This document shows positions 9,468 to 17,877 of a stretch of 64,000 nt of DNA, piece after piece. The translations under genes and the position numbers were made by a program. The stretch covers positions 503 to 64,502 of the forward strand of contig JAOTWJ010000004.1 of the NCBI GenBank assembly GCA_029862925.1, written 5' to 3'. The notes under the pieces are model-generated. The model had not been told where the DNA came from and did no database searches. It worked only from the letters and a program-made list of their open reading frames with translations. How positions within the stretch are numbered: the first letter of the stretch is position 1; each line of letters starts with the position of its first letter. This DNA is from Gemmatimonadota bacterium (GTDB lineage Bacteria > Gemmatimonadota > Gemmatimonadetes > Gemmatimonadales > GWC2-71-9).

Positions 9468-11099
9468 TCACGACTCCAGGCGGTCCGTGGGATCGAGCAG
9501 CACGTGCGGGTTGAGGATGCCGGTCGGGTCCAGGCGGCGGGCGGCATCCCCGAGCAGTGCGGCGCCCGCCGGCCCAATCTCGCGCTCGAGCCAGGGCGCG
9601 TGCCAGCTGCCGACGCCGTGATGATGGCTGAGGGTTGCGCCAGCGGCAACAATCGCCTCCGTCGCGGCCCGCTTGAGCGTCGCCCACCGCGCGATCGCCT
9701 GGGCCGGATCCGGCGGACAGCGGAAAAACAGCGTGAAGTAGAGGGAGGCGCCGTCGCGGTACGGGTGCGACACGTGCGCGAGCACCACCACCTGTTCGTC
9801 CTCATGGACCAGCGTGCTCGTGAGCGCCGTTCCCACCGCCTCCCGCACCCGCTCGAGGCGCGCCCACGGCGCGGCCGTCTCAAGCGTGTCGGTCGCGACC
9901 CCCGCATCGAGCAGCGCATCCCGCAGATACGGGTGGCGGAACCGGTCGCTCAGCCAGCGTCGACCCGGGGTCCGGCCGAGGCCCACGCCGCCGTGCGAGC
10001 GGAGGATCGCCCGCGCGTCCCCGAGCGTCCGCCGCACGGTCGACGGGTCGCCGGCCGCCCCGAGCAGCATCAGGCACCCCCCCTCCCACGCGCCGCGCGC
10101 GGCCAGCCAGCGCCGCACGAGGGTGCCCACGATCCCGCGCCGCGCCAGCCCGAGCGCCATGCCGACGGTCGTCTCGCACTCGTCCGAGAGACGGAGCAGG
10201 GTCAGCGGCACGCCTTCCTGCACCACGTCACGGGCGGCGCTGAGACCCGCGCGCCAAGAGGGCAGCACGGTGCCGGTCACGACGAGCACCGGCGGCCGAC
10301 GTCGCACGCGCACGGTCGCCCGCGTCACGATGCCCAGCCGGCCCTCGCTCCCCGCCACGAGGTGCCGCAGATCGGGTCCCGCGGCGCTCGCGGGCCGCGC
10401 GCCCAACTCCAGCCGCCCGGCGGGCGCGACCAGCGTGAGACCCGCCACCAGCGCGTCGATCGAGCCGTAGCCGAGCGACTCCTGACCGGAGGACCGGGTG
10501 ACGATCCAGCCGCCCAGGGTGGACAGCTCCCACGATTGGGGAAAATGGCCGAGCGTGAGGCCGTAGCGCGCGAGGGCCGCTTCGAGCGCGGGACCGCGGA
10601 TCCCGGCACCGAACGTGGCGAGCCCCGACTCGCCGTCCACGTCGCCGAGCCCGTCGAGACGCTCGAGGTCCAGCGCGACCACCGGAGTGTCACCGGCGAC
10701 GCTGTTCACACCACCCGTGACCGACGTGCCACCCCCGAACGGGATCGCGCGCACGCCCGCCGCCGCGCAGGCCCGAAGGATCGCCTCCACCTGCGCGTCG
10801 TCGGTTGGGCGCACGACGCCGTCGGGTGCGCTGGTCACGGTGCCGGTACGGAACCGCAGCAGATCCGGGAGTCCCTGCCCGCGGGCGTGCGCGAGCCGGT
10901 CGTGTGGCTCCCGCCCGATTTCGAGGGGGAAGGCCGGCAGCGCGCGAGGGCCCGGGAGACGGACGTCCGGGGGCGTGTCGGCGACGCGGCCGTCGCAGGG
11001 ACCGAGCCGATGCTGCAACCACTGCAGCAGGTCCGGGGGCAGCGGATATCGCTCGCCCTCGAATCCCCACCCCCCCACTCGACGCCTGCGATCGGACAT
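9468..11099 (-). CDS. FAD-binding oxidoreductase, alkyl-dihydroxyacetonephosphate synthase (AgpS)-like
   Basis: PFGGGTSV, LGHFPQS.E.STLGGW..TRSSG..S..YG, GSEGRLG, HVSHPY.DGASLYF, SHHHGVG, DPTGILNP; start ATG 11099. Confidence 0.85.
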   Translation of the reverse strand: MSDRRRRVGGWGFEGERYPLPPDLLQWLQHRLGPCDGRVADTPPDVRLPGPRALPAFPLEIGREPHDRLAHARGQGLPDLLRFRTGTVTSAPDGVVRPTDDAQVEAILRACAAAGVRAIPFGGGTSVTGGVNSVAGDTPVVALDLERLDGLGDVDGESGLATFGAGIRGPALEAALARYGLTLGHFPQSWELSTLGGWIVTRSSGQESLGYGSIDALVAGLTLVAPAGRLELGARPASAAGPDLRHLVAGSEGRLGIVTRATVRVRRRPPVLVVTGTVLPSWRAGLSAARDVVQEGVPLTLLRLSDECETTVGMALGLARRGIVGTLVRRWLAARGAWEGGCLMLLGAAGDPSTVRRTLGDARAILRSHGGVGLGRTPGRRWLSDRFRHPYLRDALLDAGVATDTLETAAPWARLERVREAVGTALTSTLVHEDEQVVVLAHVSHPYRDGASLYFTLFFRCPPDPAQAIARWATLKRAATEAIVAAGATLSHHHGVGSWHAPWLEREIGPAGAALLGDAARRLDPTGILNPHVLLDPTDRLES

Positions 11100-11175
11100 C
11101 GCCACTCGCAATGGACGATGTTCGAAAGCTACTGCCGGCCTCCGACCGCGGCGACCGGCCGCGGCAGTGCGCGCG

Positions 11176-12654
11176 TCAGCGGATGGGCACCGCCACCGAC
11201 AGTTGATGGGTCCAGACGTGCACCTCCTGCAAGGTGAGCGGGCCGCCTGGCGGCACCACGATGTCGTTCGCAAACCCGGCATCCGCCGCCCGCTCGGCGA
11301 CGATGCCCGTCCAGGCGATGCCCGGGCGCCCGGTACCCGTGGTCACGCGCCCAACGTACCGCACCTCGAACCCCGGGAACCGAACGCGCGCCCCCCACGT
11401 CGGCGTCCACTCCATCCACTGCTCGTCCTGGCGACGGAATTCGTCGGTCACGTTGTCCCACTGGTCCAGATGATAGTCGTACGCGCGCAGTTCGAGGCCG
11501 GCCTGGAAGGCCGCCGGCCCGACCTGCTGCTGGACGCCCATGCGTACCTGCGCGTTGGAGAAGCGGAACTCGTTCTCCACCGTGCGTCCCCCGCTGGGGA
11601 TCGTGTCCCCACCCACCGTCGGCACCGGACCCGCCGCTTCGGCCCACGTGCTGCTCCACGCCGGCTCGTAGACGATGTCCATCCCGAAGGTCGTCGCGCC
11701 CTGCTGTTTCGCCACGCCGAGGCCGATGTCGAGCGCCGTGCTGTGCCCCGGGTCGCGCGGGATGTTGACGATCTCGTAGTTCGGGATCTTCGGATGGGAC
11801 TTGTAGTTGCCGGTGAGGGTACCGCCCACCCGCCAGCCGTGCGCCCCGACCGGCCGCCGGAACCCGAGGTGCAGGCCCCACGTGTTGGTCTTGTCCGCGT
11901 TGGTCTCGACGCGTGCCTGTTCCTCCCACTGCCAGGTCACCGAGTCCACCAGCACCCAGTCGACGTAGGTGACGACGTGGGTCGCGTCGAATCGGTTGTA
12001 CAGCGCGGTCGCCTCGAGCACGCTCCCGTCGCCGAGCGCCTTGGTCATGCCCAGGCGCACATCCTGCGAGCTGCCCGACTCGTCGATGTCCCGGCTCAGC
12101 GCATAGAGATGCTCGACCCCGTCAATGCCATTAAGGTCGGAGAAGAACGCGCTCACCCCGACGGTGAACCCGGGACCGACCTCCGACCCGAGCATCAGGA
12201 ACGCGTACTTGTTCGTGGCCGACTGCTGACTCAGGGCGTTCGGCGGCAGGATGGCGATGTCACGGAGCGGGACCGGACCGAAGAACTGCTCGCCGGACTT
12301 GAGCTGCTGCAGCGCCACCATGCCACCGCCAAAGGCCTTGCCGCCAAACAGCCCCCCGGCCGTGAGCGTGGTGGCGCTTCCCGCGTTCTGCGACATCGAG
12401 TAGTGCGTCGGCAGCGCGAAGAAACGGGACTCGCCGATCCGGGAGCCTTTGGCGGGGTTCACGAACGGATCGAGCCAGTCGTCGTCGAGTGCGATGGACA
12501 CGCCGCCCATGCCGAGGTTCTGCGACGGGAACACCAGGAACTGATCGCCGGCCGCAACGGGGACGGTCTTCAAGCTGATGTACTGCGCGGCTGCCGGGGT
12601 GGCGGGCAGGAGCGCCACCAGGAGCGCGACCGAGCTAACGAGGGTGCGGGCCAT
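11176..12654 (-). CDS. Putative outer-membrane beta-barrel protein (FadL/PorV-like N-terminus)
   Basis: Signal peptide ending AAA-Q; LGMGGVSIA...NPA; amphipathic beta-strand pattern; overlaps the end of the upstream gene by 20 nt. Confidence 0.6.
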   Translation of the reverse strand: MARTLVSSVALLVALLPATPAAAQYISLKTVPVAAGDQFLVFPSQNLGMGGVSIALDDDWLDPFVNPAKGSRIGESRFFALPTHYSMSQNAGSATTLTAGGLFGGKAFGGGMVALQQLKSGEQFFGPVPLRDIAILPPNALSQQSATNKYAFLMLGSEVGPGFTVGVSAFFSDLNGIDGVEHLYALSRDIDESGSSQDVRLGMTKALGDGSVLEATALYNRFDATHVVTYVDWVLVDSVTWQWEEQARVETNADKTNTWGLHLGFRRPVGAHGWRVGGTLTGNYKSHPKIPNYEIVNIPRDPGHSTALDIGLGVAKQQGATTFGMDIVYEPAWSSTWAEAAGPVPTVGGDTIPSGGRTVENEFRFSNAQVRMGVQQQVGPAAFQAGLELRAYDYHLDQWDNVTDEFRRQDEQWMEWTPTWGARVRFPGFEVRYVGRVTTGTGRPGIAWTGIVAERAADAGFANDIVVPPGGPLTLQEVHVWTHQLSVAVPIR

Positions 12655-13558
12655 GAGGGGGTCCTTGCGTCAAAGTGAAAGTCGGGGGAGCACCATTGGC
12701 GCCGACGAGCCGTGGCAGAATGACTTGCAGCCGACTCTCGGCACCCGCGGCGATCAGCACGTCCGGGACGGTGATCGGCCCCAGGCCGGCGCCGGGGGGC
12801 GCGGCGATCTCGACGGTGTAGACGCCGCTCGGGAGAAAGCCAACGAGGTATCCACCCGTCGCGTCCGTCCTCCCTGTCACCCGGAGCGCTCCCGGGTCGG
12901 GCGCGCGGCCGCGAAGCGCGCGAATCGTCGCGAACGCCACCGGACGGGGCGCACCCCCTGCGGTGGCGCCGAACACGCTTCCGGCGAGCCCGCCGGTGAC
13001 CGCCGCGTCAACAGCGCGCAGCTGTGGGATAAACGTGAGATCGAACAGCGGCTCGAAGGCCGCGGTGAAGCTCCGGGTCACGTCCAGATCGAGCACGATC
13101 ACGCTGCCGGCTGGCGGAATCGCCACCGGAGCGGCGACACTCGCCCGGATCGTAAAGGGGTCTGGCGCCGGCCATCGGACCCGGGCCTGGCTCCCGTCCG
13201 CGTAGACGACCGTCGAGGAATCCCCGCGCACTGTCATGCGGACCGCGCGGTACGTACCGGCGGGGAGCACGCCGCTGCCGGCGAGCGCCGTCCGCCCCTG
13301 CTGCAACGCGGCGAAATCGAAGCGGCGCTCGGGCGTGGCGATCGTGATCCAGTCGCCGGCCGTCCCGTCCTCGGTCGTGGACGCCGCCACCGCCGCTACG
13401 TAGACTTCGACCCGTTCGATGGACCCGGACGAGAGCGGCGCGTCCGTCAGCACGACGCGCGTGAGGCCGGCGCCGGATACGGGTCCCGCCACTTCCCGGT
13501 AGCAGCCCGGAAGCGGGACCGCCACCACCAACACCAAGCTCAGCCAGCGACGCGCCAT
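12635..13558 (-). CDS. DUF4382-like lipoprotein with carboxypeptidase-regulatory-like C-terminal domain
   Basis: Lipobox LPGC; V.LTDAP, LPAGTY..VR, VLDLDV.RSF, F.PQLRA; GSV.G...TDATGGY...LPSGVYTV; GAGAGGG RBS. Confidence 0.75.
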   Translation of the reverse strand: MARRWLSLVLVVAVPLPGCYREVAGPVSGAGLTRVVLTDAPLSSGSIERVEVYVAAVAASTTEDGTAGDWITIATPERRFDFAALQQGRTALAGSGVLPAGTYRAVRMTVRGDSSTVVYADGSQARVRWPAPDPFTIRASVAAPVAIPPAGSVIVLDLDVTRSFTAAFEPLFDLTFIPQLRAVDAAVTGGLAGSVFGATAGGAPRPVAFATIRALRGRAPDPGALRVTGRTDATGGYLVGFLPSGVYTVEIAAPPGAGLGPITVPDVLIAAGAESRLQVILPRLVGANGAPPTFTLTQGPPHGPHPR

Positions 13559-13585
13559 GCCCTCTCGCCATTTCGTCCACCCGGG

Positions 13586-13613
13586 ATACCCGAGCCGCCC
13601 ACCGCGCGTCACA
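13586..13613 (-). promoter_or_regulatory. Candidate ECF promoter TGTGAC-N15-CGGGTAT for the lipoprotein/barrel operon
   Basis: The minus strand reads TGTGAC GCGCGGTGGGCGGCT CGGGTAT, with the same boxes and spacing as the + strand copy at 13634-13661. Confidence 0.65.
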
Positions 13614-13633
13614 GGTTGGGGCCGGGGGATGGG

Positions 13634-13661
13634 TGTGACCCGCCGGGGTCGGGACGGGTAT
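13634..13661 (+). promoter_or_regulatory. Candidate autoregulatory ECF promoter TGTGAC-N15-CGGGTAT
   Basis: TGTGAC CCGCCGGGGTCGGGA CGGGTAT directly ahead of the sigma gene; twin of 13586-13613(-). Confidence 0.65.
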
Positions 13662-14211
13662 GGTTGACGTGGAGCACGCCGGCGATGCCGAGCTGGTGCA
13701 GCGGGTGCTGGACGGCGACGCCGGAGCCTATGCGGGCCTGGTGACGCGGTATCGGGACCGCCTCGGCCGCTACGCGGTCCGGATGCTCGGCAACCAGGCG
13801 GATGCGGAAGAAGCGCTCCAGGATACCTTCGTTCGGGCGTACCGCTCGCTGGGCCGATGCACCGACCCCGCGCGGTTTGGCGCCTGGATCTTTGGGATCC
13901 TGGTGAATCGGTGCCGCACGGTGGGGGCGCAGCGGGCGCGGCGCGAGCGCACCGTCATCCCCGATGAAGGGGCGCTGAGCCGGGCCGCCGTGGGCGACAC
14001 CGCCGATCGGCACGCGTGGCGCGAAGCCATTGCCTGGGCGATGGCCCGCCTGGCGCCCGCACAACGCGAGGCGTTCGTGCTGAAGCACGTGGAGGACCTG
14101 AGTTACGAGGAGATGGTCGAGGTGACCGGCGCGAGCGTTCCCGCGCTCAAGATGCGCGTCGCACGGGCGCGCGAGGAACTGCGACGGCTCCTGACGGAGG
14201 CGGACCGATGA
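13660..14211 (+). CDS. ECF RNA polymerase sigma-70 factor
   Basis: D.ELV.R...GD..AY..LV.RY; DAEEALQDTFVRAY; FGAWIFGI..NRC; region 4 L...QREAFVL...E.LSYEE....G.....LKMRV.RAR. The true start may be GTG 13669. Confidence 0.95.
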   Translation: MVDVEHAGDAELVQRVLDGDAGAYAGLVTRYRDRLGRYAVRMLGNQADAEEALQDTFVRAYRSLGRCTDPARFGAWIFGILVNRCRTVGAQRARRERTVIPDEGALSRAAVGDTADRHAWREAIAWAMARLAPAQREAFVLKHVEDLSYEEMVEVTGASVPALKMRVARAREELRRLLTEADR

Positions 14212-14777
14212 GGCAGCAGCGGAACGACCCGATCGAGCGGGCCATCGACACCCTGCGCGAGCCGGTGGAATTGCGTCCGGATTTCGAGCGCCGCGTGATG
14301 GCCGCGGTGGCCTCGCTGCCCGTGCCGCGTCGCGCCGGTCCGCTCCGACTCGTGGCCGCCTGGATGGTCACCGCCCGCACCGTTCGCCTCAGTCCGCTCG
14401 GCGGGCTCGCCGCGGCCGCCGTGGTCCTTACCGCCCTGCTCGGCGGGCGGGCGCTCCTCGGCCCCGGCGCGGAGTCGGCGCCCCTGGGAGCGCCGCTGGC
14501 CGCCGACGGGCGCGCCGTGCAGTTCGTCGTTGCCGTCCCCACGGCGTCGACCGTTGCCCTTGTGGGCGATTTCAACGACTGGAACGCCGAGGCCACACCG
14601 ATGCGGCCGGTGCCGGGAGACGGGATCTGGACCGTCCTGGTTCCGCTCGGGCCGGGCCGGTACCGCTACTCGTTCCTGGTGAACGGCACCGAGTGGTTGA
14701 CGGATCCGACGGCGCCGCGCACGATGGAAGACGATTTTGGGCGACCCAACTCGGTCGTGACGGTGGGAGGCACGTGA
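14208..14777 (+). CDS. Candidate anti-sigma factor: short N-terminus, TM helix, CBM48/AMPK-beta glycogen-binding domain
   Basis: ATGA overlap with the sigma stop; TM LSPLGGLAAAAVVLTALLG; V.LVGDFNDW...M...DG.W...V.L.PGRY.Y.F.V.G.W..DP....DDFG..NSV. Confidence 0.8.
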   Translation: MRQQRNDPIERAIDTLREPVELRPDFERRVMAAVASLPVPRRAGPLRLVAAWMVTARTVRLSPLGGLAAAAVVLTALLGGRALLGPGAESAPLGAPLAADGRAVQFVVAVPTASTVALVGDFNDWNAEATPMRPVPGDGIWTVLVPLGPGRYRYSFLVNGTEWLTDPTAPRTMEDDFGRPNSVVTVGGT

Positions 14778-15409
14778 TGCGTCACCGACTGCTGGCGGCT
14801 GTCCTCGCGACCACGGCGCTCGCCGCCTGGCACGCGCCGGCGCAGGCACAGGACCCGCGGCTCGCGCGCCGCCTGCCGGACGAGGTGCGCATCCCGATCG
14901 AGGCGTTGATCGACTCCGCGCGGGCCCGAGCACTCCCCGCAGAACCGCTGGTCGACCGGGCGCTCGAAGGGGCGGCCAAGGGCGCCGGTGGCGAGCGGAT
15001 CGTGGCCGCCGTGCGGCGGCTCGCCGGCGAGCTCGGCGTAGCGCGCGACGCGCTGGGATCCGGTTCGACAAGTGCCGAGCTGGTCGCCGGTGCCGCCGCC
15101 CTGCGGGCGGGCGCGCGATCGGACGATCTGCGCCACCTCCGCCAGCGGCGGCCCGACCGGCCCGTCACCGTGGCCGCGGGCGTGTTGGCCGACCTCGTGG
15201 CGGTGGGCGTGCCGCCGGACACCGCCGCCGCAGCCGTGCTGGCCCTCGCCGGGCGGGGGGAAGATGCGGACTACATCGCGTTCCGCCGCAACGTCGAGCG
15301 AGACGTAGCGCTCGGCGCCACCCCCACCGCGGCCCTCACGGTCCGGCTCACGGGCGAAACCCTGAGCAGCGGTGACGCTCCGGGCCCCACGCGAGCGCGA
15401 AAACCGTAA
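14777..15409 (+). CDS. Secreted alpha-helical hypothetical protein
   Basis: TGATG overlap with the previous gene; signal peptide ending AQA-Q; LP.EPL..RALEG.AKG motif. Confidence 0.7.
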   Translation: MRHRLLAAVLATTALAAWHAPAQAQDPRLARRLPDEVRIPIEALIDSARARALPAEPLVDRALEGAAKGAGGERIVAAVRRLAGELGVARDALGSGSTSAELVAGAAALRAGARSDDLRHLRQRRPDRPVTVAAGVLADLVAVGVPPDTAAAAVLALAGRGEDADYIAFRRNVERDVALGATPTAALTVRLTGETLSSGDAPGPTRARKP

Positions 15410-15422
15410 CGCTGCCTCGATC

Positions 15423-16562
15423 GTGGCGGGTGCGCGGGGCGGGCGGTGGCTGACGGGGATTGTCTGGTCCCTGGCCGCCGCCCCACCGCTCGTGGCCCAG
15501 GGCAGCGGCACCATCGACGCCGGGCTCTCCGCGGTGCGCTACGATGGCTTCCTCGGATCCGCCGCCGCCTTTCTCGCTCCCACGCTCCGCTTCGACACGC
15601 CCAGTCTGAGCGCGCTCGCCCAGGGCAGCTACGTGCTGTTCGAGAGCGGCAACCGCATCGTGCAGGGAACGGCTGCCGCCGCGTGGCTGAGTCCGACCGT
15701 GCGCGGCGTCCGCGCCGAGATCGGTGCCACCGGTGGACTCAGCGCCTATGCCGACGAACCGCGCACGGGCTATGCGAGCGCTCGCGCGCGGGCCCACCTC
15801 ATGGGCCGCGCGCGCGGTGCCTGGCTGGGCGGAGCGGTCGGGCACCTCGCGCTCGACACCACGGGACGGACGACGCGCGAATTCGCCGCGGGCGGATGGG
15901 TCATCGTGGATCGGGTCGCGCTCGCCGCCGCCGCCACGTGGAGCGCCGCGGCCGACAGCGCCTATCTGGATCTCACCGCGGGCGCGCATGCGGTCTGGCA
16001 CGCGGTGGAGCTGGACGGTCTCGTGGGTGCGCGCACGTGGAGCGACGGTGCCGGCGAGGGTGTCTTCGGCGACGTCACGGTGCGTCTCCTGCTCACACCC
16101 GCGCTCGCCGGTCAGGTCAGCGCCGGCCGCTACCCGTCGGATCCGGTGCGCGGGACGGTGGGGGGCCGCTACCTCAGCGCGGGAATCCGCCTCACTCCGT
16201 TCGGTCCGCGCCCGTCCGCCCACCTCGACATCGCAGACCTGCGCCGTCGGGCGCCGCGCACGCCCGACGACGCGACGCAACCGGATGCACCGCGCCTCAC
16301 GCTGAGGGCGGCCGGCCCCGGCCACCGCGTGGTCGTCCGTGCAACCGGCGCCCGCGCCGTCGAGCTGGCCGGTGACTTCACCGACTGGGAACCCCTCGCC
16401 CTCCTGCCGCTCGACGACGCCTGGTACATTGACCTCGCGCTGTCGCCGGGCGTCTACCGGGTGAACGTGCGCGTCGACGGAGGGCCATGGACCGTCCCGG
16501 TGGGCCTCGCCGTGCTGCGCGACGAGTTCGGAAGCACCGTCGGCATCCTGCTCATCCAGTAG
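15423..16562 (+). CDS. Exported beta-rich (barrel-like) protein with C-terminal CBM48 glycogen-binding domain
   Basis: Signal-like N-terminus, alternating beta strands, tail A..VELAGDFTDW.P..L......W...L.L.PGVY....RVDGGPW..P.G.....DEFG. Start uncertain (ORF open from 15372). Confidence 0.75.
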   Translation: MAGARGGRWLTGIVWSLAAAPPLVAQGSGTIDAGLSAVRYDGFLGSAAAFLAPTLRFDTPSLSALAQGSYVLFESGNRIVQGTAAAAWLSPTVRGVRAEIGATGGLSAYADEPRTGYASARARAHLMGRARGAWLGGAVGHLALDTTGRTTREFAAGGWVIVDRVALAAAATWSAAADSAYLDLTAGAHAVWHAVELDGLVGARTWSDGAGEGVFGDVTVRLLLTPALAGQVSAGRYPSDPVRGTVGGRYLSAGIRLTPFGPRPSAHLDIADLRRRAPRTPDDATQPDAPRLTLRAAGPGHRVVVRATGARAVELAGDFTDWEPLALLPLDDAWYIDLALSPGVYRVNVRVDGGPWTVPVGLAVLRDEFGSTVGILLIQ

Positions 16563-16566
16563 CGCA

Positions 16567-16602
16567 ACGACCCTCCACCGCACCTGCGCGGCGGAGGGTC
16601 GT
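16567..16602. terminator. Hairpin between convergent genes
   Basis: ACGACCCTCC(A)CCGC ... GCGG(C)GGAGGGTCGT inverted repeat just after the stop at 16562. Confidence 0.55.
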
Positions 16603-16622
16603 ACGCGTCGGAACGACGTCCG

Positions 16623-16820
16623 TCAGGCCGGCTCGCGCACCACGCGCCGGACGAGACGCCACGCCGCCCAGAGGATCAAGGCGACCAGGATCAGCTTCAG
16701 CGCCAGCATCGCAAAGCCGAGCACGCCGGCAAGGAGGGGCAGCACCAGAAACCATAGCAGCTGCCAGATGGCGACGCCCGCCAACCCCACGGCGGCGACG
16801 GCCAGAATCGGTCGCAGCAT
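16623..16820 (-). CDS. Small integral membrane protein
   Basis: GAGG RBS, ATG 16820, two long hydrophobic segments and a basic tail. Confidence 0.65.
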   Translation of the reverse strand: MLRPILAVAAVGLAGVAIWQLLWFLVLPLLAGVLGFAMLALKLILVALILWAAWRLVRRVVREPA

Positions 16821-16912
16821 GAAACGCCTCGACAAGAGTGTGTGATATCCCTACGGACCGAGCCCCGTCCGGGTTTCCGATCCGGACCCCAGCCAGCGCC
16901 GGTCTGGTGCCG

Positions 16913-17067
16913 CTAGCGAGTTCCGAGGGCGAGTCGCTCCGCCAGTGCACGAAACCGGGCGGAGGCGCGCAACGCCCCGAACGTCGGACGAGCGATCAAG
17001 AACGTCAGAGCTCCCGCTCGATCGTATAGCGGTCATGAAGCGCAAGGCGCAGGTGCTCGAGAGTCAC
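16913..17067 (-). pseudogene. Internally deleted remnant of a Ser/Thr kinase-TPR gene
   Basis: 17067-17005 encodes MTLEHLRLALHDRYTIEREL* (kinase N-terminus that normally continues G.GGM). A shifted frame at 17002-16913 encodes FLIARPTFGALRASARFRALAERLALGTR*, resembling the P.F..LR..PRF..L C-terminus of kinase-TPR proteins. Confidence 0.55.
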
Positions 17068-17160
17068 GCGACCATGAGGGGACTGGGACCCCTAAGATCG
17101 TGCACACCCCGTCCCCACACCAGGGAGGCGGGGGCAAGCCGGTGGCTCGAAGAGCGGGAA

Positions 17161-17745
17161 CTAGAGGCGCGTGACGCTCAGGCCGAGATGCAACAAGGTG
17201 AGACGCACGTCGGCGAGCAGGGTCTGATCATCCCGGAGATTCGCGAAGAACGAGTTGGAGAACCCGGCGAACGGCGTCAGCGCGTACGCACGGCCGATGC
17301 GCACTTCGTACCCCACGCCCAGCATCACGCCCAGCGACGAGGCGGACAGCGCGTCCGTCGAATCCGACGCCCGGAAGCGGGCCAGTCCCACCCCACCCAT
17401 CACGAAGTAGCGGGTGCGAGCGGGACTGGGATACCAGTACAAGGTCGGGGCAACGGCCAGGAACGTGGACCGGATCCCCTCGCTCCCATCGGTCCAGCCC
17501 TGCACCTCACCACCCAGCCGGAGATGATCGGAGAGGGTACCGCCGAGGGCGACGCGGGCCGCCCAGCCGCCGTTGTACTCGCCGCGGCAGACGTCACAGG
17601 AGAGTTGGTGCATGCCGGTACCGAGACCCGCCGAGGCCCAGAAGCCGGACGGCTCCTGCGCGCGGGCCGGCGCGGCGGCGAGGCAGAGGGCGAGCGCCGT
17701 GCACACGACGCGTCCGAGGCTGGGTCGAACGTGGTCGAGGGTCAT
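17161..17745 (-). CDS. Small outer-membrane beta-barrel protein
   Basis: Signal peptide ending ARA-Q; about 8 amphipathic strands; CxxC loop (CDVC). Confidence 0.7.
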   Translation of the reverse strand: MTLDHVRPSLGRVVCTALALCLAAAPARAQEPSGFWASAGLGTGMHQLSCDVCRGEYNGGWAARVALGGTLSDHLRLGGEVQGWTDGSEGIRSTFLAVAPTLYWYPSPARTRYFVMGGVGLARFRASDSTDALSASSLGVMLGVGYEVRIGRAYALTPFAGFSNSFFANLRDDQTLLADVRLTLLHLGLSVTRL

Positions 17746-17778
17746 GGGAAAGGTCTACAGCGGCGCGCGGCGCGGGGC

Positions 17779-17794
17779 CGTGACAGGCGTCACG
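17779..17794. promoter_or_regulatory. Palindrome CGTGAC-AGGC-GTCACG (CRP/FNR-like GTGA-N6-TCAC) between divergent genes
   Basis: Perfect 6-bp arms in the 17746-17877 divergent intergenic region. Confidence 0.35.
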
Positions 17795-17877
17795 CATCGC
17801 GAGGCCGGTCGGGAGGAGCGGGCTGCTCGCCGGGCCCCCGCCCCGGGGATATCTTCGGGCACAACCAGGAGGCTGAC

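Noticed and set aside
16836-17160. Structured ncRNA or tRNA in this intergenic gap
   Set aside because: No T-loop or cloverleaf was found; most of the gap is better explained as a kinase gene remnant.
16945-17877. N-terminal 311 aa of the 637-aa ORF as part of the VOC protein
   Set aside because: It lies antisense to the barrel gene at 17161-17745; a strong RBS and ATG at 17878 mark the real start.
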